The position numbers and the translations under genes are program-made. Below, one piece after another: positions 9,894 to 18,323 of a DNA stretch of 23,511 bases (positions within the stretch are counted from its first letter, which is position 1; each line of letters starts with the position of its first letter). Source of the stretch: an uncultured euryarchaeote (lineage in GTDB: Archaea; Thermoplasmatota; Poseidoniia; Poseidoniales; Poseidoniaceae); NCBI GenBank assembly GCA_937899865.1, contig CALBRH010000027.1:1-23511 (forward strand), in the 5' to 3' direction. A model generated the notes under the pieces. That model saw nothing but the letters and a program-made list of their open reading frames with translations. It had not been told where the DNA came from and searched no databases.

Positions 9894-9935
9894 TATAGGG
9901 ATAACTGCTTTATCATTAGCCGTTTTGCTCATCTT

Positions 9936-10415
9936 ATGGAAGACGTCGATTGGCTCAAATCGATGTTGGCTATTGAACGTGAAGTAAGACCACCAAGTAG
10001 TACCAGAAGAGAGCAAAAATACCTTGATGGAAATTGTGTAAAATTGTACCATGATGGTAGAATTATAGCCTATGCTGAAATCCGTAAAGTTGGCAGCCAT
10101 ATGGAGATTTCAACCGTTTTGGTCGACCCTGAATATCGTAATCAAGGATATGGCAAGAAACTCATGCAACAAGCGATTGAAAAGATTGAACATAACAAAA
10201 TAATGTGTTGCACAAAGAATCCTGCTATGGCCAAAGTATTGTATGATCTTGATTTTAAAATAACCAAATGGCCTGGCTTTTGGACTAACTTTGTGCTTAC
10301 AATAAACACATTTAGAAGATTGATTTCGATGATAATTCGCTTCGATTTCAAGAGAATATGGCTACAAGGCAAAAATATTCTCAACTATGACCAGTTTGAG
10401 ATAATTCGAGATTAA
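9936..10415 (+). CDS. GNAT-family N-acetyltransferase
   Basis: EISTVLVDPEYRNQGYGKKLM contains the acetyl-CoA-binding motif A (R/QxxGxG). Confidence 0.88.
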   Translation: MEDVDWLKSMLAIEREVRPPSSTRREQKYLDGNCVKLYHDGRIIAYAEIRKVGSHMEISTVLVDPEYRNQGYGKKLMQQAIEKIEHNKIMCCTKNPAMAKVLYDLDFKITKWPGFWTNFVLTINTFRRLISMIIRFDFKRIWLQGKNILNYDQFEIIRD

Positions 10416-10456
10416 TCATCCCAACTAACCAAATACGAGTCTGTATTGGTAATGAC

Positions 10457-11281
10457 ATGCATCGCCGAGTTATTGTTCCTTCAAGGATCAATATAATTGG
10501 TGAACATACCGATTATGCTGGTGGCCTTGCATTACCATTTGCCATCGATGTAAAACTTGAATTAATTATCAAACCACTTGAAACTGGATTTTCTGGCGAT
10601 GAAATTGTGATTGCATTATGGCAAGCAGCTGGCGGTTATCCTGCGGAATTAATTGTCAATAGTGAGATTCCAATTGGCAAAGGTATGTCTTCATCAGCGG
10701 CTCTGTGTGTAGCGATTACAGTTGGTGCAAATCCCAATTTAGAACAATTAACTATTTGTAAAATGGCTCAAAAATTAGAACATCAAATACTCGGTACTCC
10801 TTGTGGATTATTGGACCAAATGGCTATGGTATTTGCTAAAGAAAACCATGCAACATTGATTAATTTTGATGATTTTTCAATTGATTATATCGCTTTACCA
10901 AAGTCTTGGAAATTCAAATTAGTTGATTCTGGTATTCATCGTAAACTTGCCGATGTCGATTATAACTCGAACTCAGAATATCAACAAGAACACGTCAACA
11001 CAGAAAATAATCGAGTATTACATGCCATTAATTCAAGTGCAGAAACATTAGGGAGATTGCTCAATGAATCTCATGATTCTTTACAAAAGTTAGGTGTCAG
11101 CATAGTTGAAATCGACACATTAGTCAAAACATTACAAGATACTGAAGGCGTTCTTGGTGCACGGATGATGGGCGGAGGATATGGTGGAATGATCCTTGTA
11201 TTAGTTGTCAATGATGATGTTCTCCCCAATGCAATAACTGTATCAAGTTCAAGCACGCTTAGATTTGAGGAATTCAGTTAG
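10457..11281 (+). CDS. galK: Galactokinase-like GHMP kinase, unusually short (274 aa)
   Basis: PSRINIIGEHTDY (galactokinase signature), PIGKGMSSSAA (ATP loop), CGLLDQ (catalytic Asp) and GARMMGGGYGG. Confidence 0.85.
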   Translation: MHRRVIVPSRINIIGEHTDYAGGLALPFAIDVKLELIIKPLETGFSGDEIVIALWQAAGGYPAELIVNSEIPIGKGMSSSAALCVAITVGANPNLEQLTICKMAQKLEHQILGTPCGLLDQMAMVFAKENHATLINFDDFSIDYIALPKSWKFKLVDSGIHRKLADVDYNSNSEYQQEHVNTENNRVLHAINSSAETLGRLLNESHDSLQKLGVSIVEIDTLVKTLQDTEGVLGARMMGGGYGGMILVLVVNDDVLPNAITVSSSSTLRFEEFS

Positions 11282-11923
11282 TTTCGATAGTCGCTCAGGC
11301 GTCCCCATATCCCAAAATTTAGTGTTATCGAGATGAGCACCAATTTTCCCAGATAGGCTTGGATAAACTGTTTCCTCCCAACTCCATTTGCCATCTCGAC
11401 CAAATAATAGCACAACTTGTTTGTTTACGATGCTTGTACCAGCCTCATAACCATTAAATTTTGACAAAGTATTACGTTTATCATATTGTAAAACCTTACC
11501 ATCTTGGTGTAACAAATTCATTATTTCATGTGATTCTGTGACTGTCATTGTTATCAAATTAGTACCATTTTTGTGATTACTAACCAAGTCATGATAGTTT
11601 ATCGGATGAAAGTCATCGCCCCATAGTAGAATAAATTCTGACTCCAAGAAATCGACTGCATTCCATAATGCGCCACCAGTTCCTAATGGTTGTGATTCTT
11701 GAACAAATGTTAGTGATACCGAATCATGCGAATAATCTTCAAACTGTTTACCAAGATGTCCGGTCAAAATTAATGCCCTATCACAACCTTGGATGCTAAT
11801 CCAATCTAATATGTGACTAATGATTGGCTTATCGTCTACTTTTACTAATGACTTAGGTATTGATTCGGTAATTTGGCCAAGTCTTGTTCCAAGACCGCCT
11901 GCGAGAATAACGACCTGAGGCAT
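11249..11923 (-). CDS. Sugar-phosphate nucleotidyltransferase (NTP_transferase family)
   Basis: ILAGGLGTRL, PKSL, QESQPLGTGGAL, WGDD and FWDMGTPE motifs. Start ATG 11923 (MPQVVILAGG). The 3' end overlaps galK by 33 nt. Confidence 0.92.
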   Translation of the reverse strand: MPQVVILAGGLGTRLGQITESIPKSLVKVDDKPIISHILDWISIQGCDRALILTGHLGKQFEDYSHDSVSLTFVQESQPLGTGGALWNAVDFLESEFILLWGDDFHPINYHDLVSNHKNGTNLITMTVTESHEIMNLLHQDGKVLQYDKRNTLSKFNGYEAGTSIVNKQVVLLFGRDGKWSWEETVYPSLSGKIGAHLDNTKFWDMGTPERLSKLTEFLKSKRA

Positions 11924-11978
11924 TCCGCTAGACTGAGGTCTCGCGTCGTGCATAGAAAGTGAACTAAAACTAGATTTA

Positions 11979-12027
11979 TTTACTAATCGCATAAAAAGGG
12001 ATTTGGAATTCTTAGTAGATTAGTAAA
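11979..12027. promoter_or_regulatory. 10-bp perfect inverted repeat TTTACTAATC-N29-GATTAGTAAA in the nucleotidyltransferase/desaturase divergent spacer
   Basis: Arms at 11979-11988 and 12018-12027 read directly. Related TTAGTA and TGAGTAAA copies lie nearby. Confidence 0.45.
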
Positions 12028-12088
12028 CCAGCACTTTGTGAGTAAAATCAAGACATAACCTCAAACGGTTGAAGGATTCGTTTGATGT

Positions 12089-13258
12089 ATGTCCGAACAT
12101 ATTGGTAGGCCATCAAACATTAACATCATCAACTCTGCGTTCCTCATCGGTATGCCAATAATTGCTATTACATCACTCGTTTATTATTCAATAAATTATG
12201 GCATAGGTTGGTTTGAGCCGATCATTTTCGTAATGTTTTATCTGGCATCCGGACTTTCAATTACCGCAGGTTATCATCGGCTATTCAGTCATCGAACTCA
12301 CAAGGCTGCTTGGCCACTAAAATTATTCTATGCATTATTTGGTGCTGCAGCATTCCAAAATTCTGTAATTAAGTGGTGTAGCGACCACCGAAGGCACCAT
12401 CTAAAAACCGATACAGAAAATGACCCATATTCAGTTACTCGTGGTTTCTTTTGGGCTCATATCGGTTGGGTAATGATTGACGAAGGTGAAGAAATTGTTG
12501 AAAATGTTGAAGATTTACAAGCCGATAAAATTCTAGCTTGGCAAGACCGTCACATCTTCTTAATTGGATTCTTGACAGGTATCCTATTGCCCGCACTTGT
12601 TGGATTCGCTTGGATTGGTGGCGCTCATGGCTTCCTAGGAGGCTTAGTGTATGGTGGCTTTGTTAGAGTTGTTATCGTTCACCATGCAACATTTCTCATT
12701 AATTCAGCTGCCCACACTTGGGGAAGTCAACCATATTCAACCGAGAATACCTCCAAAGATTCAGCAATCCTATCATTCCTGACTTTTGGAGAAGGATACC
12801 ATAATTTCCATCATACATTCCAAGCAGATTATCGAAATGGTCACAAATGGTACCATTGGGATCCATCAAAATGGCTTATTAAGGCAGCTTCATGGATTGG
12901 TCTTACTCGTGAATTACATAAAATTCCTGCCAATGTAATTGAGTCTAGAAAAATGAAGAAGACATTTAATGAGAAGGTTGATGCTAGTGAAATTGATACA
13001 CATTTCCAAGAGAAATTCAAAGAATGTCTTAAGCAATTACGTAATGCATTTAATGATTTGAAAAAGCGACGCAAAGAATACAAAACCGCTAAATTATCCA
13101 AAAAATCAGAATCAAAAAATAATTGGAAAGCGATTAAGCAAGGTCATAAAACTCGCATCAAACAATGCAAGAAAAGAATATCTAAGGCAAGAATGGAATT
13201 CAAACTATTAGTTGAATCAATGCGATTAAACATCGACAAAAAGCCTGTTCCTGCTTAG
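12089..13258 (+). CDS. Membrane-bound fatty acyl (Delta9, OLE1/DesA-like) desaturase with a basic coiled-coil C-terminus
   Basis: Three His boxes (HRLFSH, HRRHH, HNFHH), plus TAGYHR, DPYS...FFWAHIGW, INSAAH, TFGEGYHN and WDPSKW. Confidence 0.93.
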   Translation: MSEHIGRPSNINIINSAFLIGMPIIAITSLVYYSINYGIGWFEPIIFVMFYLASGLSITAGYHRLFSHRTHKAAWPLKLFYALFGAAAFQNSVIKWCSDHRRHHLKTDTENDPYSVTRGFFWAHIGWVMIDEGEEIVENVEDLQADKILAWQDRHIFLIGFLTGILLPALVGFAWIGGAHGFLGGLVYGGFVRVVIVHHATFLINSAAHTWGSQPYSTENTSKDSAILSFLTFGEGYHNFHHTFQADYRNGHKWYHWDPSKWLIKAASWIGLTRELHKIPANVIESRKMKKTFNEKVDASEIDTHFQEKFKECLKQLRNAFNDLKKRRKEYKTAKLSKKSESKNNWKAIKQGHKTRIKQCKKRISKARMEFKLLVESMRLNIDKKPVPA

Positions 13259-14814
13259 TCTTCATCATTGCTACGCTCAACTGTTGCACATTGAACATCG
13301 TGTGAACAATCATTTCGCATTTGGCTTTCAGTGCTAACCATTAATGGCGACAAATCACCATATTCAACAATCAAACTTGGTCCTTGAGCAAGATAGTAAA
13401 CTGAACCTCTGCCATCTCTTGAATCATGAGCTGTTGAATTATTATTGGCTGCACATTCTCCGGTACAGCCATCAGCAAATGCAACATAGACTCTACCTTG
13501 TCTATCGATATGCAAATCGTTGAAATCTAACAAATTACGATTTGAACCACCAATATCTCGGCAATCACCTGAGTTTAGACAAATTGACCCTACTTGTACT
13601 GGGTCATCGGTTACTCGATAAGTGTGGAATGTTGGTTCAGGGTCAAGAGCATTCAAACTGTAGGTAATGTATAGATGATAAGTGACATTATTTGGTGCAT
13701 AGTGAGCATTACCATCCCATGGATTACCATCAATATCTGACTGGTTTAACAATGAAGCATTTTCACTGCCTAGATAAGTCACAGCAATTCTCCCTGGATC
13801 TCCAGCATCGGTTTGAGGGAATACTGAAGAAATTACTTCGGCCGGAGAAATACGGATGCTTTCCTGCTCCCATGTCTGGCCTGAATCAATTGAACGGGAC
13901 ATGTAAACTCCCTCATCACCACCGGTCCAAATGTGATATGCATTGGATTCTGTATCAGTAGAAATCTCTGAATTCTTACGCGGGTAAGGAGTTCCTACAT
14001 CTTCTCCCATAGTTCTTTCAAACCATGAAAAACCGTTATCTTTAGAGACGATTACTGAAGGTGTTTCAACTCTTGGTGTGACATAAACAGTACCATCGGG
14101 TGCAGTAGAAATTGCCCCATGCAAACCACCATTTGTGGTTGCAAGACCAACTATTTGTCCACCAGCCTCAAAGGTTGCGCCACCATCAAAACTAGTAAAG
14201 CAAAAGATTCCTACTAATTTGTTATAGCAATAGTAAACTGCAGTTTCGTAAATTGTACTACCGGTTAATTGCCCTAATGCCCCATAACCAGCACTAGTCC
14301 ATGGCCCGCTAGCGAGTTTGATGTGGTCGTTGATCGGTGTAGTACCTGAATCGTGTGGATTACCTAACCAAGTTTCACCATCATCGTCACTCCAACAAAT
14401 CCATGATGTTTCAAGTCCAATCATTTGAACATTGAAAATTCGGTCGGTAATTGGATCAACCCATCCGTAAGGATCGCTAGTAGTAGGCGAACATTGTACC
14501 GGGTCTTGAGTCTCTTCCCATGTTTCGCTATAGTCGCAAGAACGCATAACTTTCTCCATAGCAATAAAGAAGATACAACCACTAGAAGTTATGCCAATAC
14601 TGGGTTCTTTACCAGTTTCTCCGACATCACTGAATTGAAAAGTCATGTCTATTGGTGGAATATCAACAGCATTTCCTGCCTTATCGGTGACAAAAACTCG
14701 AGGGTCTTTTACTTCCTCAATAATAGGTTCCTCAACTACCTCTTCTTTACCAAAACAACCTGATAATGACATGGTTACCATCAAGGCAACCAATAGCATT
14801 GCTCTGCCCCTCAT
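13255..14814 (-). CDS. Secreted lipoprotein-like Asp-box (BNR) beta-propeller protein, sialidase-like fold
   Basis: Signal peptide ending LSGCFG. Asp-boxes SCDYSETW, SDDDGETW, SFDGGATF, SKDNGFSW and SIDSGQTW. Confidence 0.8.
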   Translation of the reverse strand: MRGRAMLLVALMVTMSLSGCFGKEEVVEEPIIEEVKDPRVFVTDKAGNAVDIPPIDMTFQFSDVGETGKEPSIGITSSGCIFFIAMEKVMRSCDYSETWEETQDPVQCSPTTSDPYGWVDPITDRIFNVQMIGLETSWICWSDDDGETWLGNPHDSGTTPINDHIKLASGPWTSAGYGALGQLTGSTIYETAVYYCYNKLVGIFCFTSFDGGATFEAGGQIVGLATTNGGLHGAISTAPDGTVYVTPRVETPSVIVSKDNGFSWFERTMGEDVGTPYPRKNSEISTDTESNAYHIWTGGDEGVYMSRSIDSGQTWEQESIRISPAEVISSVFPQTDAGDPGRIAVTYLGSENASLLNQSDIDGNPWDGNAHYAPNNVTYHLYITYSLNALDPEPTFHTYRVTDDPVQVGSICLNSGDCRDIGGSNRNLLDFNDLHIDRQGRVYVAFADGCTGECAANNNSTAHDSRDGRGSVYYLAQGPSLIVEYGDLSPLMVSTESQMRNDCSHDVQCATVERSNDED

Positions 14815-14836
14815 AACGAGAGGCTAACTCCCCTTC

Positions 14837-14857
14837 TTCAATAGTATTACTATTGAA
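14837..14857. promoter_or_regulatory. Perfect 10-1-10 palindrome TTCAATAGTA-T-TACTATTGAA; candidate repressor operator of the BNR gene
   Basis: Palindrome read directly. It abuts a minus-strand TATAAA (14858-14863) on the downstream side and lies 22 nt from the ATG at 14814. Confidence 0.65.
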
Positions 14858-14933
14858 TTTATATCTTGTTTTAATCCCAAATAATGCAACAACCAGTAGA
14901 TAGCCATTATATCAACTACCAACATCGGCCATC

Positions 14934-15650
14934 ATGGTCCAAGTTACTCAAAGTAGTAAGGTCGTAGTTTTAACCGGTGCTGGAATTAGTGCAGAATCTG
15001 GAATCAAGACTTTCAGGGCTTCAGATGGCTTGTGGGAAAATCATGCAATAGAGGATGTTGCTACACCTTATGCGTGGGAAAGAGATCCTGAACTTGTATG
15101 GAATTTCTATCAAGGAAGGCGCAACCAATTGCAAGATGTCGAGCCTAACCCTGCTCACAGAGCTTTGGTAACTCTCGAGAAATTTCTTGGAGAAAATTTC
15201 CTTTTAGTAACACAGAATGTTGATGATTTGCACTCAAAAGCCGGTTCAAAAAATCTTATTCATATGCATGGAGAATTGCGAATTTTGCGCTGTGAGGAGT
15301 GTCATGAAACATTTGACATGATGGAACAAGAACACTTGACTTCTGAGTACGTACCATGTCCAAGTTGTCACAGTCAAAGACTTCGGCCACACATTGTTTG
15401 GTTTCATGAAATGCCATTACAAATGTCTGAAATCTATGCTGCGGTAGAAGAATGTGATGTGTTCATGACTATTGGTACGAGCGGCCATGTCTATCCTGCT
15501 GCAGGATTAATTGATGTTGCAAAACAGGCTGGTGCTCACTGTATTGGAATCAATCTTGAACCTCCAATGAATTATGACCAACATGATGAATTCCATCAAG
15601 GAAAAGCTGGCGAATTACTACCTGATTTTGTCGAGCAAATCATTAGCTAA
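14934..15650 (+). CDS. cobB: NAD-dependent protein deacylase, class III sirtuin
   Basis: GAGISAESGIKTFR, TQNVDDLH, HG, CxxC...CxxC zinc site, RPHIVWF and GTSGHVYPAAG. Confidence 0.95.
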   Translation: MVQVTQSSKVVVLTGAGISAESGIKTFRASDGLWENHAIEDVATPYAWERDPELVWNFYQGRRNQLQDVEPNPAHRALVTLEKFLGENFLLVTQNVDDLHSKAGSKNLIHMHGELRILRCEECHETFDMMEQEHLTSEYVPCPSCHSQRLRPHIVWFHEMPLQMSEIYAAVEECDVFMTIGTSGHVYPAAGLIDVAKQAGAHCIGINLEPPMNYDQHDEFHQGKAGELLPDFVEQIIS

Positions 15651-15703
15651 TTCAAATGCTCATTGGTACGAGCGATTAATATCACAAAAATTGTCGGTCA
15701 ATC

Positions 15704-16456
15704 ATGGCGCGTAGCACTTCGTTACTGATGTTGCTTATGCTAGCCTGCTCAAGTTTTTCTGGATGTCTATTCGGTTCAGATAACGATGGTGATATCGAGT
15801 TAATCGTCAATTATCAAACAGACTTTGGAACAATAATCGAAACCTACTCACAAGGAGAACTTACTCAGAAAAACCCAGTAACCATTGATTTTGACTTTTC
15901 CAATTCAACTGCTAGCAATTCACTACAAACCTATGGCATTAATCCATTTGATGGACGCGAACCGATTACTGTTGATGCATCCTCTAATTCCATTGTATCT
16001 ATCGACTTTATTCATCACGGATTGTATGAGATAAGTGCTTTTGCTATTGACTCAAAAGGCAACAAAATCAATGAGACAATTACCATAAGAGTTGATCTTC
16101 GTATTGACTGGACGGAAACCGATACCAATAACCCATTATCAATACCTTTCAACCCAGAGCCAAATAATCAAGGCCAACATCCAAAAATGATTGAAATAAT
16201 TTCCAATGTCGAAAATCCCGCCTTAATTGGTAGCATAGGTGATAGCGGACAATCGGTTCAATTGACCTGGCAACTAGTCGATGAGTTAGGTGATATTTGC
16301 CAAAGTAGAAATGGACAGATAAATGATGGCGACACTATGATGTGGCAGACTCTTTATTTCAACACCTATATGGAACACGAATTACGCATATTAATGGATG
16401 AAGGACAAGATTCTGTTAACGTAAACCAATCTGTATCGGTATTATATGATAATTGA
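15704..16456 (+). CDS. Secreted lipoprotein-like hypothetical protein, beta-rich (possibly PKD/Ig-like)
   Basis: Signal peptide ending FSGCLFG. FDFSNST...GLYEISAFAIDSKGN resembles a PKD-domain pattern. Confidence 0.7.
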   Translation: MARSTSLLMLLMLACSSFSGCLFGSDNDGDIELIVNYQTDFGTIIETYSQGELTQKNPVTIDFDFSNSTASNSLQTYGINPFDGREPITVDASSNSIVSIDFIHHGLYEISAFAIDSKGNKINETITIRVDLRIDWTETDTNNPLSIPFNPEPNNQGQHPKMIEIISNVENPALIGSIGDSGQSVQLTWQLVDELGDICQSRNGQINDGDTMMWQTLYFNTYMEHELRILMDEGQDSVNVNQSVSVLYDN

Positions 16457-16464
16457 AAATGAAT

Positions 16465-17382
16465 TCAATTCGCATTCTCTTTTGGTAAAAAGAATACTTT
16501 AATCAGCGCTTTTGAAATTGCTACTATCACAAACAATACCGCTGAAACCAAGGCAATCATTGAGCCACTACCAGTTCCTAACTCAGTCGAATAATACAAT
16601 CCCAATAAGACTGTGATAACACCAAATATTTGAGACAAAATCACACATGTAAGAAAACTTCTGCTTACTAGTTGAGCAATTGCAGCTGGAGTAACAAGCA
16701 GTGCGGTAACGAGTAATACTCCGACAATTTGAACCATGCTAACTACGACTAATGCTATCAAAATACTCCAAAGTAAACTGATTAATGGAACTGGTAAACC
16801 TTGAACTCTAGCTGCTATGGAGTCAATCGAAATTGCTAGTATACTTCGATACAAGATTATTAACAAAATATATGCGAAAAAACAAACTGCAACAATGAAG
16901 TTGAAACTTTCTTCGTCGATTAAGTTAAGACTGCCCCATAGGTATCCTTCTACAGAAGCCAATGAACCTCCTCCCCAAATACGAGTGACAACTATTCCAA
17001 GTCCGAGCATTCCTGTCAAAAATATCGCGATTGCCGTATCACCGGTAATCCATTTTCTATAAGACAGGAAATCAATCAAAATCGCTGCTACTATACTTAA
17101 TCCCAATGCCCACCATAAAGGATCAACCCAACCTACAACAAGACCTATCGCTATACTACCGAATGTAACGTGGGCTAATCCATCACCGATTAGAGCAAGA
17201 TTTCTGATCAATAGAAATGCACCTAAAAACCCGGCGACAATAGAGACAACAATTGCGGCAATCAGTGGTCTTTGATAATACACTTTTGTAAAGTATAGCG
17301 GGAAAACCTCACCTGGAATAAATGGCGCAATGAATTCTAATATTGGCCCTAATAAATCAATAACTAATGACCCGATTACCAT
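16465..17382 (-). CDS. znuB: Zn/Mn ABC transporter permease
   Basis: LIGDGLAHVTFG, YLWGSL and IVGVLLVTALLVTPAAIA motifs, multiple TMs, GGAGGTGA SD. The ATG overlaps the znuC stop (TAATG). Confidence 0.93.
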   Translation of the reverse strand: MVIGSLVIDLLGPILEFIAPFIPGEVFPLYFTKVYYQRPLIAAIVVSIVAGFLGAFLLIRNLALIGDGLAHVTFGSIAIGLVVGWVDPLWWALGLSIVAAILIDFLSYRKWITGDTAIAIFLTGMLGLGIVVTRIWGGGSLASVEGYLWGSLNLIDEESFNFIVAVCFFAYILLIILYRSILAISIDSIAARVQGLPVPLISLLWSILIALVVVSMVQIVGVLLVTALLVTPAAIAQLVSRSFLTCVILSQIFGVITVLLGLYYSTELGTGSGSMIALVSAVLFVIVAISKALIKVFFLPKENAN

Positions 17383-18263
17383 TAACTCTCACCTCCCTCA
17401 GCACCTGGTGAAACAATTATCACTACATCATCACTCTTAGTAACATCAGATTTTGTTGAATCTGCTTCCGGATGAGTTGCTTCGATGCCCCTCAACTCTG
17501 CTAAACTTGACAAATCTGGGAAATCTTCAGCTGTTCCATCATATCTTATCTTATGTTCGAGATAGATCATCCTATGTGCTGTTCTTTTCATACTGGCCAA
17601 ATCATGTGATATCATGACAATCGTTTTGTTTTGATCGTGACACAAATCATCAAGCAAACGCATTATTGAATTACGAGATTCTACATCAACACCTACCATT
17701 GGTTCATCCATCAACAACAAGTCTGCTTCTGATGCTAATGCCTTACCAATTGCTGCTCGTTGGCGCTGTCCTCCTGAAAGATTACTAATCATAGTGTTAG
17801 CATATTGCTTTAATCCAACGGTTTCAATTATCTTGTCAATTTTAATTTGATTTTTCTTCCGCTGTTTGAAAAAGGCTGGAGGTGATATGAAGAAATCTAA
17901 GTATTGCCTAAAAAAATTCCTACTCAATAATCCCAATTGAATAAATTCTTTAACGGTAATTCGCAGATTATGTGGTAGTTCGGTGGCCGCTTGAGGCACC
18001 CAACCTATTCGTCCAATTGTAGCCTTTGACATTGGTGCTTTTCCATAAACATCTATTTGTCCTATCCGAGGTTTTAGAAGCCCAAGAATCGTCAAAATTA
18101 ACGTGCTCTTGCCACCACCATTTGGTCCAACAATTCCAACAAACTCACCACATGTGATTGACATATTGATGTCTTGGATGACTTCATTACCAGAACGATT
18201 TACTGAGAGGTTTGAAACATGAAGAATTTCTTCTCCGCAAACCGGCAAGAATTCTTCGGCCAT
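17382..18263 (-). CDS. znuC: Zn/Mn ABC transporter ATP-binding subunit
   Basis: Walker A GPNGGGKST, signature LSGGQRQR, Walker B LLLMDEP and H-loop ISHD. Start ATG 18263. Confidence 0.94.
   Translation of the reverse strand: MAEEFLPVCGEEILHVSNLSVNRSGNEVIQDINMSITCGEFVGIVGPNGGGKSTLILTILGLLKPRIGQIDVYGKAPMSKATIGRIGWVPQAATELPHNLRITVKEFIQLGLLSRNFFRQYLDFFISPPAFFKQRKKNQIKIDKIIETVGLKQYANTMISNLSGGQRQRAAIGKALASEADLLLMDEPMVGVDVESRNSIMRLLDDLCHDQNKTIVMISHDLASMKRTAHRMIYLEHKIRYDGTAEDFPDLSSLAELRGIEATHPEADSTKSDVTKSDDVVIIVSPGAEGGES
17389..17396 (-). promoter_or_regulatory. Shine-Dalgarno site GGAGGTGA for znuB, located inside the znuC 3' end
   Basis: Minus strand reads GAGGGAGGTGAGAGTTAATG. A similar GAGGTG precedes the NSS transporter ATG. 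Confidence 0.7.
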
Positions 18264-18323
18264 TATACCACTCAATGTGTACTGCAAGTGGTTTAACATA
18301 AATCAATTATGATTGATTTTACC

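Noticed and set aside
10428-10450. Bulged hairpin between the GNAT gene and galK
   Set aside because: It has an imperfect 8-bp stem and no U-tract, which is insufficient for a terminator call.
13255-14814. Calling the BNR protein a true sialidase
   Set aside because: Asp-boxes are present, but I could not find the RIP/RLP motif or an arginine triad, so the substrate is unknown.
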